46,095 nt of DNA from a virus (taxonomy: Duplodnaviria; Heunggongvirae; Uroviricota; Caudoviricetes): the IMG/VR virus record IMGVR_UViG_2565956709_000007. One strand, 5' to 3'. The translations under genes were made by a program, and so were the position numbers. The notes under the pieces are model-generated. The model saw only the letters and a list, made by a program, of their open reading frames with translations, was not told the DNA's origin and made no database searches. Every line of letters starts with the position of its first letter. Positions within the stretch are counted from its first letter, which is position 1. Shown here one piece after another: positions 38,824-46,095 of the stretch.

Positions 38824-39249
38824 TCAATGCACAGCCACAATATTTCCTGCAGGGCCACCACGATTCATCTGGTTGAAACCAGCGATCGCCACTGCGACAA
38901 AATCATCAGCGTCTCTCACCAGTCGTTCCCGCGTCTCCACTAGTTCCCGAAAATAGGCTGAGCTATGACTGCGCATTCGGGCCACCAGCAGAGGTGGCAT
39001 TGCTTTTTCGATAGCTGGTAACAACGCCTGAATTTTTTTAACCGCATCAGGGGTGTCTTTCTCCACCCAGCGGAAAATTTTCTGAGTATTGCGAGCCAGG
39101 GCTTCCGGATGGCTGTCGTCATACAGTTCCGGGAACGTCATTCCCAGCTCGAAATACGCTTTGGTAATTTTCGCAGCCGGTACTTTTTCGCCGTCCGGAT
39201 GCGCCCAGGCATTCATCGCCATGCGGATGTGTTCATGCTTGATTTTCAT
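38824..39249 (-). CDS. CII-like / YdaT-family regulator (putative)
   Basis: 141-aa ORF whose ATG overlaps the Cro-like stop; position equals cII/ydaT; family tentative. Confidence 0.4.
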   Translation of the reverse strand: MKIKHEHIRMAMNAWAHPDGEKVPAAKITKAYFELGMTFPELYDDSHPEALARNTQKIFRWVEKDTPDAVKKIQALLPAIEKAMPPLLVARMRSHSSAYFRELVETRERLVRDADDFVAVAIAGFNQMNRGGPAGNIVAVH

Positions 39250-39500
39250 GAATCAACTCCCATCAGCTTTTTCGTAGTAGTTTTATTCCTGCCAATAGTT
39301 AAAATTGCATCGGCAGAAAATAATCCGTTTGATGCAAGAGCGATTTTTTCAGCGTAATTTGTTTCGCCGGTATATTCTGTGCGAGGCAATTTTCCGTTAT
39401 CCATCCATTTATAGATTGCTCTTTGGCTGACACCACAAACGTCGGCCACAACAGCAACGCGAACAGTTTTGATTACATCTTCAAGTGTTTTCTGGTTCAT
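39246..39500 (-). CDS. Cro/DicC-like HTH regulator
   Basis: 84-aa product MNQKTLEDVIKTVRVAVVADVCGVSQRAIYKWMDNGKLP... with HTH; divergent from the repressor; GAGGGTGA upstream. Confidence 0.6.
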   Translation of the reverse strand: MNQKTLEDVIKTVRVAVVADVCGVSQRAIYKWMDNGKLPRTEYTGETNYAEKIALASNGLFSADAILTIGRNKTTTKKLMGVDS

Positions 39501-39512
39501 ATCACCCTCACA

Positions 39513-39555
39513 ATGTGAACTTTGAGTACATGCTATAACAGAACTGACAGTACAT
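39513..39555. promoter_or_regulatory. OR-like operator/promoter region between the cro-like and repressor genes
   Basis: Repeated half-sites AGTACAT (39525-39531, 39549-39555) and near-palindrome ATGTGAACTTTGAGTACAT. Confidence 0.4.
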
Positions 39556-39579
39556 TCAAGAGCGAATATCATTGAACTT

Positions 39580-39999
39580 ATGGTTCATGAAGATAAAGCG
39601 CGTAAAGAGTTCGCCAGTAGGCTTGCGCTAGCCTGTGAAAACGCTGGTTATGAACAACATGGAAGGCAGGCAGAAATTGCCCGTCGAATGAAATTAACAC
39701 CAAAAGCGGTTAGCAAATGGTTTAATGGCGAAACAATTCCTCGCCGGGAGAAATTAAGGGAATTAGCAACACTAATAGGAACAACACCAACCTATCTTTT
39801 GGGAGAGGATACAGAAGAAAGTGGACAGGTACGTTTCTATCAGGAGTTAAATCCAAGACAAAAAATCATCATTGACCTTCTGGACGAGCTCCCTGACAGT
39901 GAGACAGATGAACTTTTAAAAACTCTTGAAGAGAAAAAACAGAAGTACAATGCAATTTACGAAGAGTTAGCACGAAAGAAAAAACAAAAAGCCTCTTAA
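39580..39999 (+). CDS. Immunity repressor, DicA/C2-like XRE-family HTH protein (no LexA-type peptidase domain)
   Basis: 139-aa product with N-terminal HTH (QAEIARRMKLTPKAVSKWFNGETIP) and short C-terminal domain; divergent from cro-like gene. Confidence 0.65.
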   Translation: MVHEDKARKEFASRLALACENAGYEQHGRQAEIARRMKLTPKAVSKWFNGETIPRREKLRELATLIGTTPTYLLGEDTEESGQVRFYQELNPRQKIIIDLLDELPDSETDELLKTLEEKKQKYNAIYEELARKKKQKAS

Positions 40000-40074
40000 A
40001 CCAGCATAAATCCGGTAGCGCCTTCCTCCGGGTTTGTGCTTCACTTTATCCCATCTCATTTTTTTACACACAAA

Positions 40075-40120
40075 ATGTACTAAATGTACTTTACAACAAT
40101 GAACACAAAGTACATTATAT
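40075..40120 (+). promoter_or_regulatory. OL/PL-like promoter with operator half-sites driving the early-left (dicB) operon
   Basis: ATGTACT at 40075-40081 and 40084-40090, inverted AGTACAT at 40109-40115, bracketing candidate -35 TTTACA (40090-40095) and -10 CATTAT (40113-40118). Confidence 0.4.
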
Positions 40121-40296
40121 ACCTGCCACCCACCCCGCCCCACAGAATGCAGGGCAATACTTCGAGTTACCAGGCAGTGGTCAGGGGTTAAGTAGCCAGC
40201 CCGAGGCGTAAGAACATGACGGCAGGGTTCAACTTTAATAACTATGCAGCAGGTTTTTGTTCCGCTACCCCGGCGTTAAGGGGAAATGAGGTCAGC

Positions 40297-40452
40297 ATGG
40301 ATACTATCAATCTTGGCAACAGCGAATCTCTGGTATGTGGCGTGTTCCCCAACCAGGACGGTACGTTCACCGCAATGACGTATACCAAAAGCAAAACGTT
40401 TAAAACCGAAAATGGTGCCCGTCGCTGGCTGGAAAGAAACTCAGGTGAGTGA
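40297..40452 (+). CDS. ydfA: YdfA-like small protein (51 aa)
   Basis: MDTINLGNSESLVCGVFPNQDGTFTAMTYTKSKTFKTENGARRWLERNSGE; GAGG 5 nt upstream; first gene of the dicB-type operon. Confidence 0.55.
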   Translation: MDTINLGNSESLVCGVFPNQDGTFTAMTYTKSKTFKTENGARRWLERNSGE

Positions 40453-40453
40453 T

Positions 40454-41029
40454 ATGGATTTCGACACAATCATGGAAAAGGCTTACGAAGAATACTTCGA
40501 AGGCCTTGCCGAAGGCGAAGAAGCTCTCAGCTTCAGTGAGTTTAAACAGGCACTCAGAATAAGAATGTGCTCTCACAATGACGCGGAGCACAAATATGAG
40601 AAGCAAAATCAGACCGCAGAAAATTTTGTTCTGGAACCCGGAGAAACGCTTTTCAAAATTCCCGTTACGTGCCCCATTTGCGGTTTTACATCAGAAGAAC
40701 TTGACGACTCCTGTAACAATCAGGAAACAACCAAGTATGTCGAAGATGATACCGAGTGCGCACGAAGAACGATTATATCCACGAGTCCAAACTCCAGGGC
40801 CAATAAATCTCACTTTGAGAGGGTGATTAATCCACTCCCCCAAACCAATAAAAAAGATGCCGGAGGACAAAAAACCCAATGGAACAACGGGATATCTGTC
40901 AAAAAAAGACGTTCCATTAAAGACAAACAACGCAGCGCCAACAACTGTAAGCGCTTTATACCAGTAATCAATTTTCATGTTCTTAAGCGGATTTATTGGT
41001 GGTTGCGACATTGCTTAATGAATCCTTAA
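40454..41029 (+). CDS. YdfB/YdfC-like protein as one contiguous 191-aa ORF with a CPICG zinc-ribbon motif
   Basis: ATG 40454 two nt after the ydfA stop; N-terminus MDFDTIMEKAYEEYFEGLAEGEEALSF... Confidence 0.4.
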   Translation: MDFDTIMEKAYEEYFEGLAEGEEALSFSEFKQALRIRMCSHNDAEHKYEKQNQTAENFVLEPGETLFKIPVTCPICGFTSEELDDSCNNQETTKYVEDDTECARRTIISTSPNSRANKSHFERVINPLPQTNKKDAGGQKTQWNNGISVKKRRSIKDKQRSANNCKRFIPVINFHVLKRIYWWLRHCLMNP

Positions 41030-41287
41030 AACTGTGGTGATTTTAAGGATACCACCTCGCCTGACGTGGTTAAAAGCAGGCACACAACACGAAAGCGCAC
41101 GGCGAAGTTCGTCTCACTGTACGGTGTCGTTAAATTTAATTCGACCGTGCGCTTCCGGTTGTGGCAACCCGCAAAATGGCGCGGCGGTAAGTATGGCGGG
41201 GTTATTCCTTCCCCGTTGAGGACACCGGGTTGTCAGGTTGACCATACGCTTAAGTGACAACCCCGCTGCAACGCCCTCTGTTATCAA

Positions 41288-41346
41288 TTTTCTGGTGACG
41301 TTTGGCGGTATCAGTTTTACTCCGTGACTGCTCTGCCGCCCTTTTT
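41288..41346 (+). ncRNA. dicF: DicF small RNA
   Basis: tttctggtgacgtttggcggtatcagttttactccgtgactgctctgccgcccttttt matches my recollection of E. coli DicF, including the 3' terminator hairpin. Confidence 0.8.
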
Positions 41347-41515
41347 AAAGTGAATTTTGTGATGTGGTGAATGCGGCTGAGCGCACGCGGAACAGTTAAA
41401 ACCAAAAACAGTGTTATGGGTGGATTCTCTGTATCCGGCGTTAATTGTTAACTGGTTAACGTCACCTGGAGGCACCAGGCACTGCATCACAAAATTCATT
41501 GTTGAGGACGCGATA

Positions 41516-41704
41516 ATGAAAACGTTATTACCAAACGTTAATACGTCTGAAGGTTGTTTTGAAATTGGTGTCACTATCAGTAACCCAGTATTTACTGAAG
41601 ATGCCATTAACAAGAGAAAACAAGAACGGGAGCTATTAAATAAAATATGCATTGTTTCAATGCTGGCTCGTTTACGTCTGATGCCAAAAGGATGTGCACA
41701 ATGA
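41516..41704 (+). CDS. dicB: Cell division inhibitor DicB
   Basis: 62-aa product MKTLLPNVNTSEGCFEIGVTISNPVFTEDAINKRKQERELLNKICIVSMLARLRLMPKGCAQ; GAGGA upstream. Confidence 0.8.
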   Translation: MKTLLPNVNTSEGCFEIGVTISNPVFTEDAINKRKQERELLNKICIVSMLARLRLMPKGCAQ

Positions 41705-41892
41705 ATTCAGCATTTGTGCTTGTTCTGACAGTTTTTCTTGTTTCCGGAGAGCCAGTTGATATTGCAGTCAGTGTTCACAGGACAATGCAGGAGTGTATGA
41801 CTGCAGCAACCGAACAGAAAATTCCCGGTAACTGTTACCCGGTCGATAAAGTTATTCACCAGGATAATATCGAAATCCCGGCAGGTCTTTAA
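41701..41892 (+). CDS. ydfD: YdfD-like small membrane (lysis-associated) protein
   Basis: 63-aa product MNSAFVLVLTVFLVSGEPVDIAVSVHRTMQECMTAATEQKIPGNCYPVDKVIHQDNIEIPAGL; ATG overlaps the dicB stop. Confidence 0.6.
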   Translation: MNSAFVLVLTVFLVSGEPVDIAVSVHRTMQECMTAATEQKIPGNCYPVDKVIHQDNIEIPAGL

Positions 41893-41984
41893 AACAGTTC
41901 CGTAATAAATATCCGGTTTCATTCTTATATGCCAGCAATGGCAGGGATTTGTTCATCCTTAAATCTGTCATGAGGTTAAAACAA

Positions 41985-44456
41985 ATGAGTAAAGTCTTTA
42001 TTTGCGCCGCTATTCCTGACGAACTGGCAACAAGGGAAGAAGGCGCTGTGGCTGTAGCCACAGCCATTGAAGCTGGCGACGCACGCCGTGCTCGAGCAAA
42101 ATTTCACTGGCAATTCCTGGAACATTATCCGGCTGCTCAGGACTGCGCTTATAAATTTATTGTCTGCGAGGATAAACCTGGCATACCCCGCCCTGCCCTC
42201 GATTCATGGGATGCTGAATATATGCAGGAAAACCGCTGGGATGAGGAGTCTGCTTCTTTTGTCCCGGTTGAGACTGAATCCGATCCGATGAACGTCACTT
42301 TTGACAAGCTGGCCCCTGAAGTACAGAACGCTGTCATGGTTAAGTTCGACACATGTGAAAACATCACCGTTGATATGGTTATTAGCGCACAGGAATTGTT
42401 GCAGGAAGACATGGCAACATTCGACGGACATATCGTTGAAGCGTTGATGAAAATGCCAGAAGTTAACGCCATGTATCCGGAGCTTAAGTTGCACGCCATT
42501 GGGTGGGTTAAGCATAAATGTATTCCTGGTGCTAAATGGCCCGAAATTCAGGCAGAGATGCGCATCTGGAAAAAACGTCGCGAAGGTGAACGCAAGGAAA
42601 CCGGAAAATACACGTCTGTTGTTGATCTCGCCCGCGCCAGAACCAATCAACAGTACAGTGAAAATTCAACAGGAAAAATCAGCCCGGTCATTGCTGCCAT
42701 TCATCGCGAATACAAGCAGACATGGAAAACACTGGATGACGAACTGGCCTACGCTCTCTGGCCTGGTGATGTGGATGCCGGAAACATTGACGGCAGCATC
42801 CATCGCTGGGCAAAAAATGAAGTTATCGACAACGACCGCGAAGACTGGAAGCGTATCTCGGCATCAATGCGCAAACAGCCTGATGCCCTTCGCTACGACC
42901 GCCAAACTATTTTTGGCCTTGTCCGTGAGCGTCCGATCGACATTCACAAAGATCCCGTAGCACTGAACAAATATATCTGCGAATACCTGACGACAAAGGG
43001 CGTGTTTGAGAATGAAGAAACAGACCTGGGCACTGTTGATGTTCTCCAGTCATCAGAAACACAAACTGATGCAGTGGAAACTGAGGTATCTGATATCCCA
43101 AAAAATGAAACCGCGCCGGAAGCTGAACCATCTGTAGAGCGTGAGGGGCCGTTCTATTTCCTCTTCGCAGATAAGGACGGAGAAAAATACGGTCGCGCAA
43201 ACAAACTTTCTGGTCTGGATAAGGCACTGGCTGCTGGCGCCACTGAAATCACAAAAGAAGAATATTTTGCCCGAAAAAATGGCACATACACGGGCTTACC
43301 GCAAAATGTAGATACCGCTGAAGATTCAGAACAACCAGAGCCGATAAAAGTTACCGCTGACGAAGTAAACAAAATTATGCAGGCAGCCAATATCATCCAG
43401 CCTGACGCCGATAAGTTGCTTGCTGCATCACGTGGTGAATTTGTTGAAGGGATTAGTGACCCGAATGATCCGAAATGGGTTAAGGGGATCCAGACCCGCG
43501 ATTCTGTGAACCAGAACCAGCATGAATCGGAACGGAACTACCAAAAAGCGGAACAAAACAGCCCAAATGCGTTACAAAACGAGCCAGAAACGAAACAGCC
43601 TGAATCAGTGGCGCAACAGGAAGTGGAAAAAGTCTGCACCGCCTGCGGTCAGACCGGCGGCGGCAACTGCCCTGATTGTGGCGCGGTAATGGGCGACGCA
43701 ACATACCAGGAAACATTCGATGAAGAGTATCAGGTTGAAGTTCAGGAAGATGATCCGGAGGAAATGGAAGGCGCTGAACATCCACACAAGGAGAACACTG
43801 GCGGCAATCAGCATCACGATAGCGATAATGAAACTGGCGAGACGGCAGATCACTCAATTAAGGTGAACGGTCATCCAGAAATCACATCCACCAGCAGGAC
43901 GTGTGACCATCTAATGATCGACCTTGAAACCATGGGAAAAAATCCTGATGCCCCGATCATCTCAATAGGTGCAATATTTTTCGATCCGCAAACCGGAGAT
44001 ATGGGACCGGAATTTAGTAAGACTATCGATCTGGAAACTGCTGGCGGAGTCATTGATCGGGACACCATTAAATGGTGGCTTAAGCAATCACGCGAAGCGC
44101 AATCTGCCATTATGACCGATGAAATCCCGTTAGATGATGCACTGTTACAATTGCGGGAATTTATCGACGAAAACTCCGGTGAATTTTTTGTTCAGGTCTG
44201 GGGAAATGGAGCCAACTTCGACAACACGATTTTGCGCCGTTCATACGAACGGCAGGGGATCCCCTGCCCGTGGCGTTACTACAACGATCGCGATGTACGC
44301 ACAATCGTTGAGCTGGGGAAAGCCATAGACTTCGATGCCAGAACGGCTATTCCATTCGAAGGTGAGCGCCATAATGCACTTGATGACGCCCGTTACCAGG
44401 CAAAATACGTTTCAGTTATCTGGCAAAAACTGATCCCGAGTCAGGCTGATTCTTAA
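41985..44456 (+). CDS. Large early-left protein (YdfE-like, about 823 aa) with C-terminal DEDDh (DnaQ-like) 3'-5' exonuclease domain
   Basis: C-terminal motifs LMIDLETMG (Exo I), WGNGANFDNTIL (Exo II), HNALDDARYQAKYV (Exo III); central CTACGQTGGGNCPDCG zinc ribbon; acidic linker; GAGG upstream of ATG 41985. Confidence 0.5.
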   Translation: MSKVFICAAIPDELATREEGAVAVATAIEAGDARRARAKFHWQFLEHYPAAQDCAYKFIVCEDKPGIPRPALDSWDAEYMQENRWDEESASFVPVETESDPMNVTFDKLAPEVQNAVMVKFDTCENITVDMVISAQELLQEDMATFDGHIVEALMKMPEVNAMYPELKLHAIGWVKHKCIPGAKWPEIQAEMRIWKKRREGERKETGKYTSVVDLARARTNQQYSENSTGKISPVIAAIHREYKQTWKTLDDELAYALWPGDVDAGNIDGSIHRWAKNEVIDNDREDWKRISASMRKQPDALRYDRQTIFGLVRERPIDIHKDPVALNKYICEYLTTKGVFENEETDLGTVDVLQSSETQTDAVETEVSDIPKNETAPEAEPSVEREGPFYFLFADKDGEKYGRANKLSGLDKALAAGATEITKEEYFARKNGTYTGLPQNVDTAEDSEQPEPIKVTADEVNKIMQAANIIQPDADKLLAASRGEFVEGISDPNDPKWVKGIQTRDSVNQNQHESERNYQKAEQNSPNALQNEPETKQPESVAQQEVEKVCTACGQTGGGNCPDCGAVMGDATYQETFDEEYQVEVQEDDPEEMEGAEHPHKENTGGNQHHDSDNETGETADHSIKVNGHPEITSTSRTCDHLMIDLETMGKNPDAPIISIGAIFFDPQTGDMGPEFSKTIDLETAGGVIDRDTIKWWLKQSREAQSAIMTDEIPLDDALLQLREFIDENSGEFFVQVWGNGANFDNTILRRSYERQGIPCPWRYYNDRDVRTIVELGKAIDFDARTAIPFEGERHNALDDARYQAKYVSVIWQKLIPSQADS

Positions 44457-44528
44457 TGTTCAACTGTCGCCGGTTGTGACTGGTATTCTGCAACCGGCGC
44501 TCGTCTAATGTAAGAGATAAAGAAATCG

Positions 44529-44780
44529 ATGAGCGAAGTAATCATGATTGTCTCTCCCGGCAAATGGGTATCCGAAGAGCAGTTAATTGCGCTGAAAGGA
44601 ATAAAAAAAGGTACGTTAAAAAAGGCCCGGGAAAAATCGTTTATGGAAGGAAGGGAATATAAGCATGTCGCTCATGACGGTATGCCATGGGATAACAGTC
44701 CATGCTTTTACAACCTGGAAGAAATTGATCGCTGGATTGAGCGCCAGGCATCAGCGAGACCAAGACGTCATCTTACTTGA
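44529..44780 (+). CDS. xis: Excisionase (Xis-like)
   Basis: 83-aa basic product with GREY-containing region, immediately upstream of int. Confidence 0.55.
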   Translation: MSEVIMIVSPGKWVSEEQLIALKGIKKGTLKKAREKSFMEGREYKHVAHDGMPWDNSPCFYNLEEIDRWIERQASARPRRHLT

Positions 44781-44799
44781 CTAAAAGCCACACTAACTA

Positions 44800-46095
44800 A
44801 TGAGAGAAGTTGAAATGAAATATCCGACAGGCGTGGAAAACCATGGAGGGAAATTACGTATCTGGTTTGTTTATAAAGGCGTAAGAGTCAGGGAAAACCT
44901 GGGGGTTCCTGACACAGCAAAAAACAGGCGCGTTGCAGGTGAACTACGCTCCTCTGTTTGTTACGCAATAAAAACTGGTGTTTTCGACTATGCAAAACAG
45001 TTTCCCTCCTCACGCAATCTGGAAAAATTTGGTGAGGCCCGACAAGATTTAACCATAAAAGAACTGGCTGAAAAATTTCTGGCACTGAAAGAAACTGAAG
45101 TCGCCAAAACATCACTCAACACATACCGTGCCGTCATCAAAAATATCCTGAGCATAATCGGTGAAAAAAATCTTGCCTCATCGATTAATAAAGAAAAATT
45201 ACTGGAGGTTCGTAAAGAGTTACTGACTGGATACCAGATCCCCAAAAGTAACTATATTGTTACACAACCAGGGAGATCGGCTGTAACTGTAAATAATTAC
45301 ATGACAAATCTTAACGCCGTGTTCCAGTTTGGTGTTGATAACGGTTACCTGGCAGATAATCCGTTTAAGGGGATCTCGCCATTAAAGGAATCAAGAACCA
45401 TTCCGGATCCTCTTTCGCGGGAAGAATTTATCCGTCTTATCGATGCGTGCAGAAATCAGCAAGCAAAAAATTTATGGTGTGTTTCTGTTTATACTGGCGT
45501 TCGCCCTGGTGAGCTGTGTGCACTTGGATGGGAGGACATAGATCTGAAAAATGGAACAATGATGATCAGGAGAAATTTAGCAAAAGACCGTTTCACGGTA
45601 CCAAAAACACAGGCGGGAACCAATCGGGTCATTCATCTTATTAAGCCAGCAATCGACGCTCTCCGGAGTCAGATGACATTAACGAGACTGAGCAAAGAGC
45701 ATATCATTGATGTTCACCTCAGAGAGTATGGCAGAACAGAAAAACAAAAATGCACCTTTGTTTTTCAACCTGAAGTGTCAGCGAGAGTAAAAAATTATGG
45801 TGACCATTTTACCGTTGACTCAATAAGGCAGATGTGGGACGCAGCGATAAAACGTGCCGGACTCCGCCATCGAAAATCATATCAGTCGAGACATACTTAT
45901 GCCTGCTGGTCGCTGACAGCTGGTGCTAACCCGGCATTTATAGCAAACCAGATGGGCCATGCAGATGCGCAAATGGTATTTCAGGTATACGGAAAATGGA
46001 TGTCTGAAAACAATAATGCACAGGTAGCTTTGTTAAATACACAGTTAAGCGAGTTTGCCCCAACCATGCCCCATAACGAAGCAATGAAAAATTAA
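44800..46095 (+). CDS. int: Tyrosine site-specific integrase
   Basis: 431-aa product with catalytic region VRPGELCAL (R), HQSRHTYACW (H-x-x-R), MGHADAQMVFQVYGKW (H...Y); last gene before the window end. Confidence 0.85.
   Translation: MREVEMKYPTGVENHGGKLRIWFVYKGVRVRENLGVPDTAKNRRVAGELRSSVCYAIKTGVFDYAKQFPSSRNLEKFGEARQDLTIKELAEKFLALKETEVAKTSLNTYRAVIKNILSIIGEKNLASSINKEKLLEVRKELLTGYQIPKSNYIVTQPGRSAVTVNNYMTNLNAVFQFGVDNGYLADNPFKGISPLKESRTIPDPLSREEFIRLIDACRNQQAKNLWCVSVYTGVRPGELCALGWEDIDLKNGTMMIRRNLAKDRFTVPKTQAGTNRVIHLIKPAIDALRSQMTLTRLSKEHIIDVHLREYGRTEKQKCTFVFQPEVSARVKNYGDHFTVDSIRQMWDAAIKRAGLRHRKSYQSRHTYACWSLTAGANPAFIANQMGHADAQMVFQVYGKWMSENNNAQVALLNTQLSEFAPTMPHNEAMKN

Larger units (their letters stand above)
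1285..46095. mobile_element. Lambdoid prophage (Qin-like gene repertoire), apparently intact; tail end abuts ydfJ, integrase at the right edge; att sites not resolved
   Basis: Contiguous lambda-order modules (tail, head, terminase, lysis, Q, nin, replication, immunity, early-left, xis-int) read from translated ORFs. Confidence 0.85.

Noticed and set aside
41411-41515. N-terminal extension of the dicB ORF in the track (97 aa)
   Set aside because: Extension begins at a non-ATG start and overlaps the DicF region; the 62-aa form from ATG 41516 with an upstream GAGGA matches DicB.
44471-44500. 8-bp-stem inverted repeat (gccggttg ... caaccggc) between the exonuclease-domain gene and xis
   Set aside because: Long 14-nt loop and no T-run, so not a convincing terminator; could be a protein-binding site but there is nothing to support a specific call.

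Overview
The window is essentially one complete lambdoid prophage (about 1285-46095) lying between the stop codon of a host MFS transporter gene (ydfJ, 1-1284, minus strand) and the stop codon of the phage integrase (44800-46095, plus strand). Gene content and order match the K-12 Qin prophage locus (integration next to ydfJ; DicF/dicB operon; hok; YdfR-, YdfO- and YdfU-like genes), but here the element looks intact. Identifications rest on reading the translated ORFs and the DNA directly and on recalled family sequences; no database search was run. Layout, left to right on the plus strand: (1) an AT-rich ORF-poor arm (1285-3017); (2) a lambda-like tail module on the minus strand (tfa, stf, lom, J, I, K, L, M, H, G/G-T, V, U, Z); (3) a head module (FII-like, DUF2190-like, ClpP-protease/capsid fusion, portal, W-like, lambda-A-type terminase large and Nu1-like small subunit, with a cos-like site upstream); (4) AT-rich accessory genes (YbcW-like, YdfO-like); (5) a phage-21-type lysis cassette (pinholin, YdfR-like insert, SAR endolysin, an untracked 32-aa membrane ORF, Rz/Rz1); (6) an accessory cassette at the position where Stx phages carry stx, holding two paralogous lipoproteins with TolA domain-III-like C-termini, downstream of two tRNA genes (Arg-UCU, Ile2/Met-CAU) and a Q/pR'/tR' region; (7) nin-like region (RusA, DUF968/HNH-like, hok toxin, several very small overlapping ORFs); (8) replication/immunity region (O-like initiator with two internal iteron clusters, CII/YdaT-like, Cro-like, divergent DicA/C2-like repressor flanked by ATGTACT-type operator repeats); (9) early-left operon on the plus strand (YdfA, YdfB/C-like, DicF sRNA, DicB, YdfD, an 823-aa protein with C-terminal DEDDh exonuclease motifs, Xis, Int). 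No CRISPR array, rRNA or IS transposase was seen. The most interesting candidates are the TolA-III-like lipoprotein cassette and the large exonuclease-domain protein.
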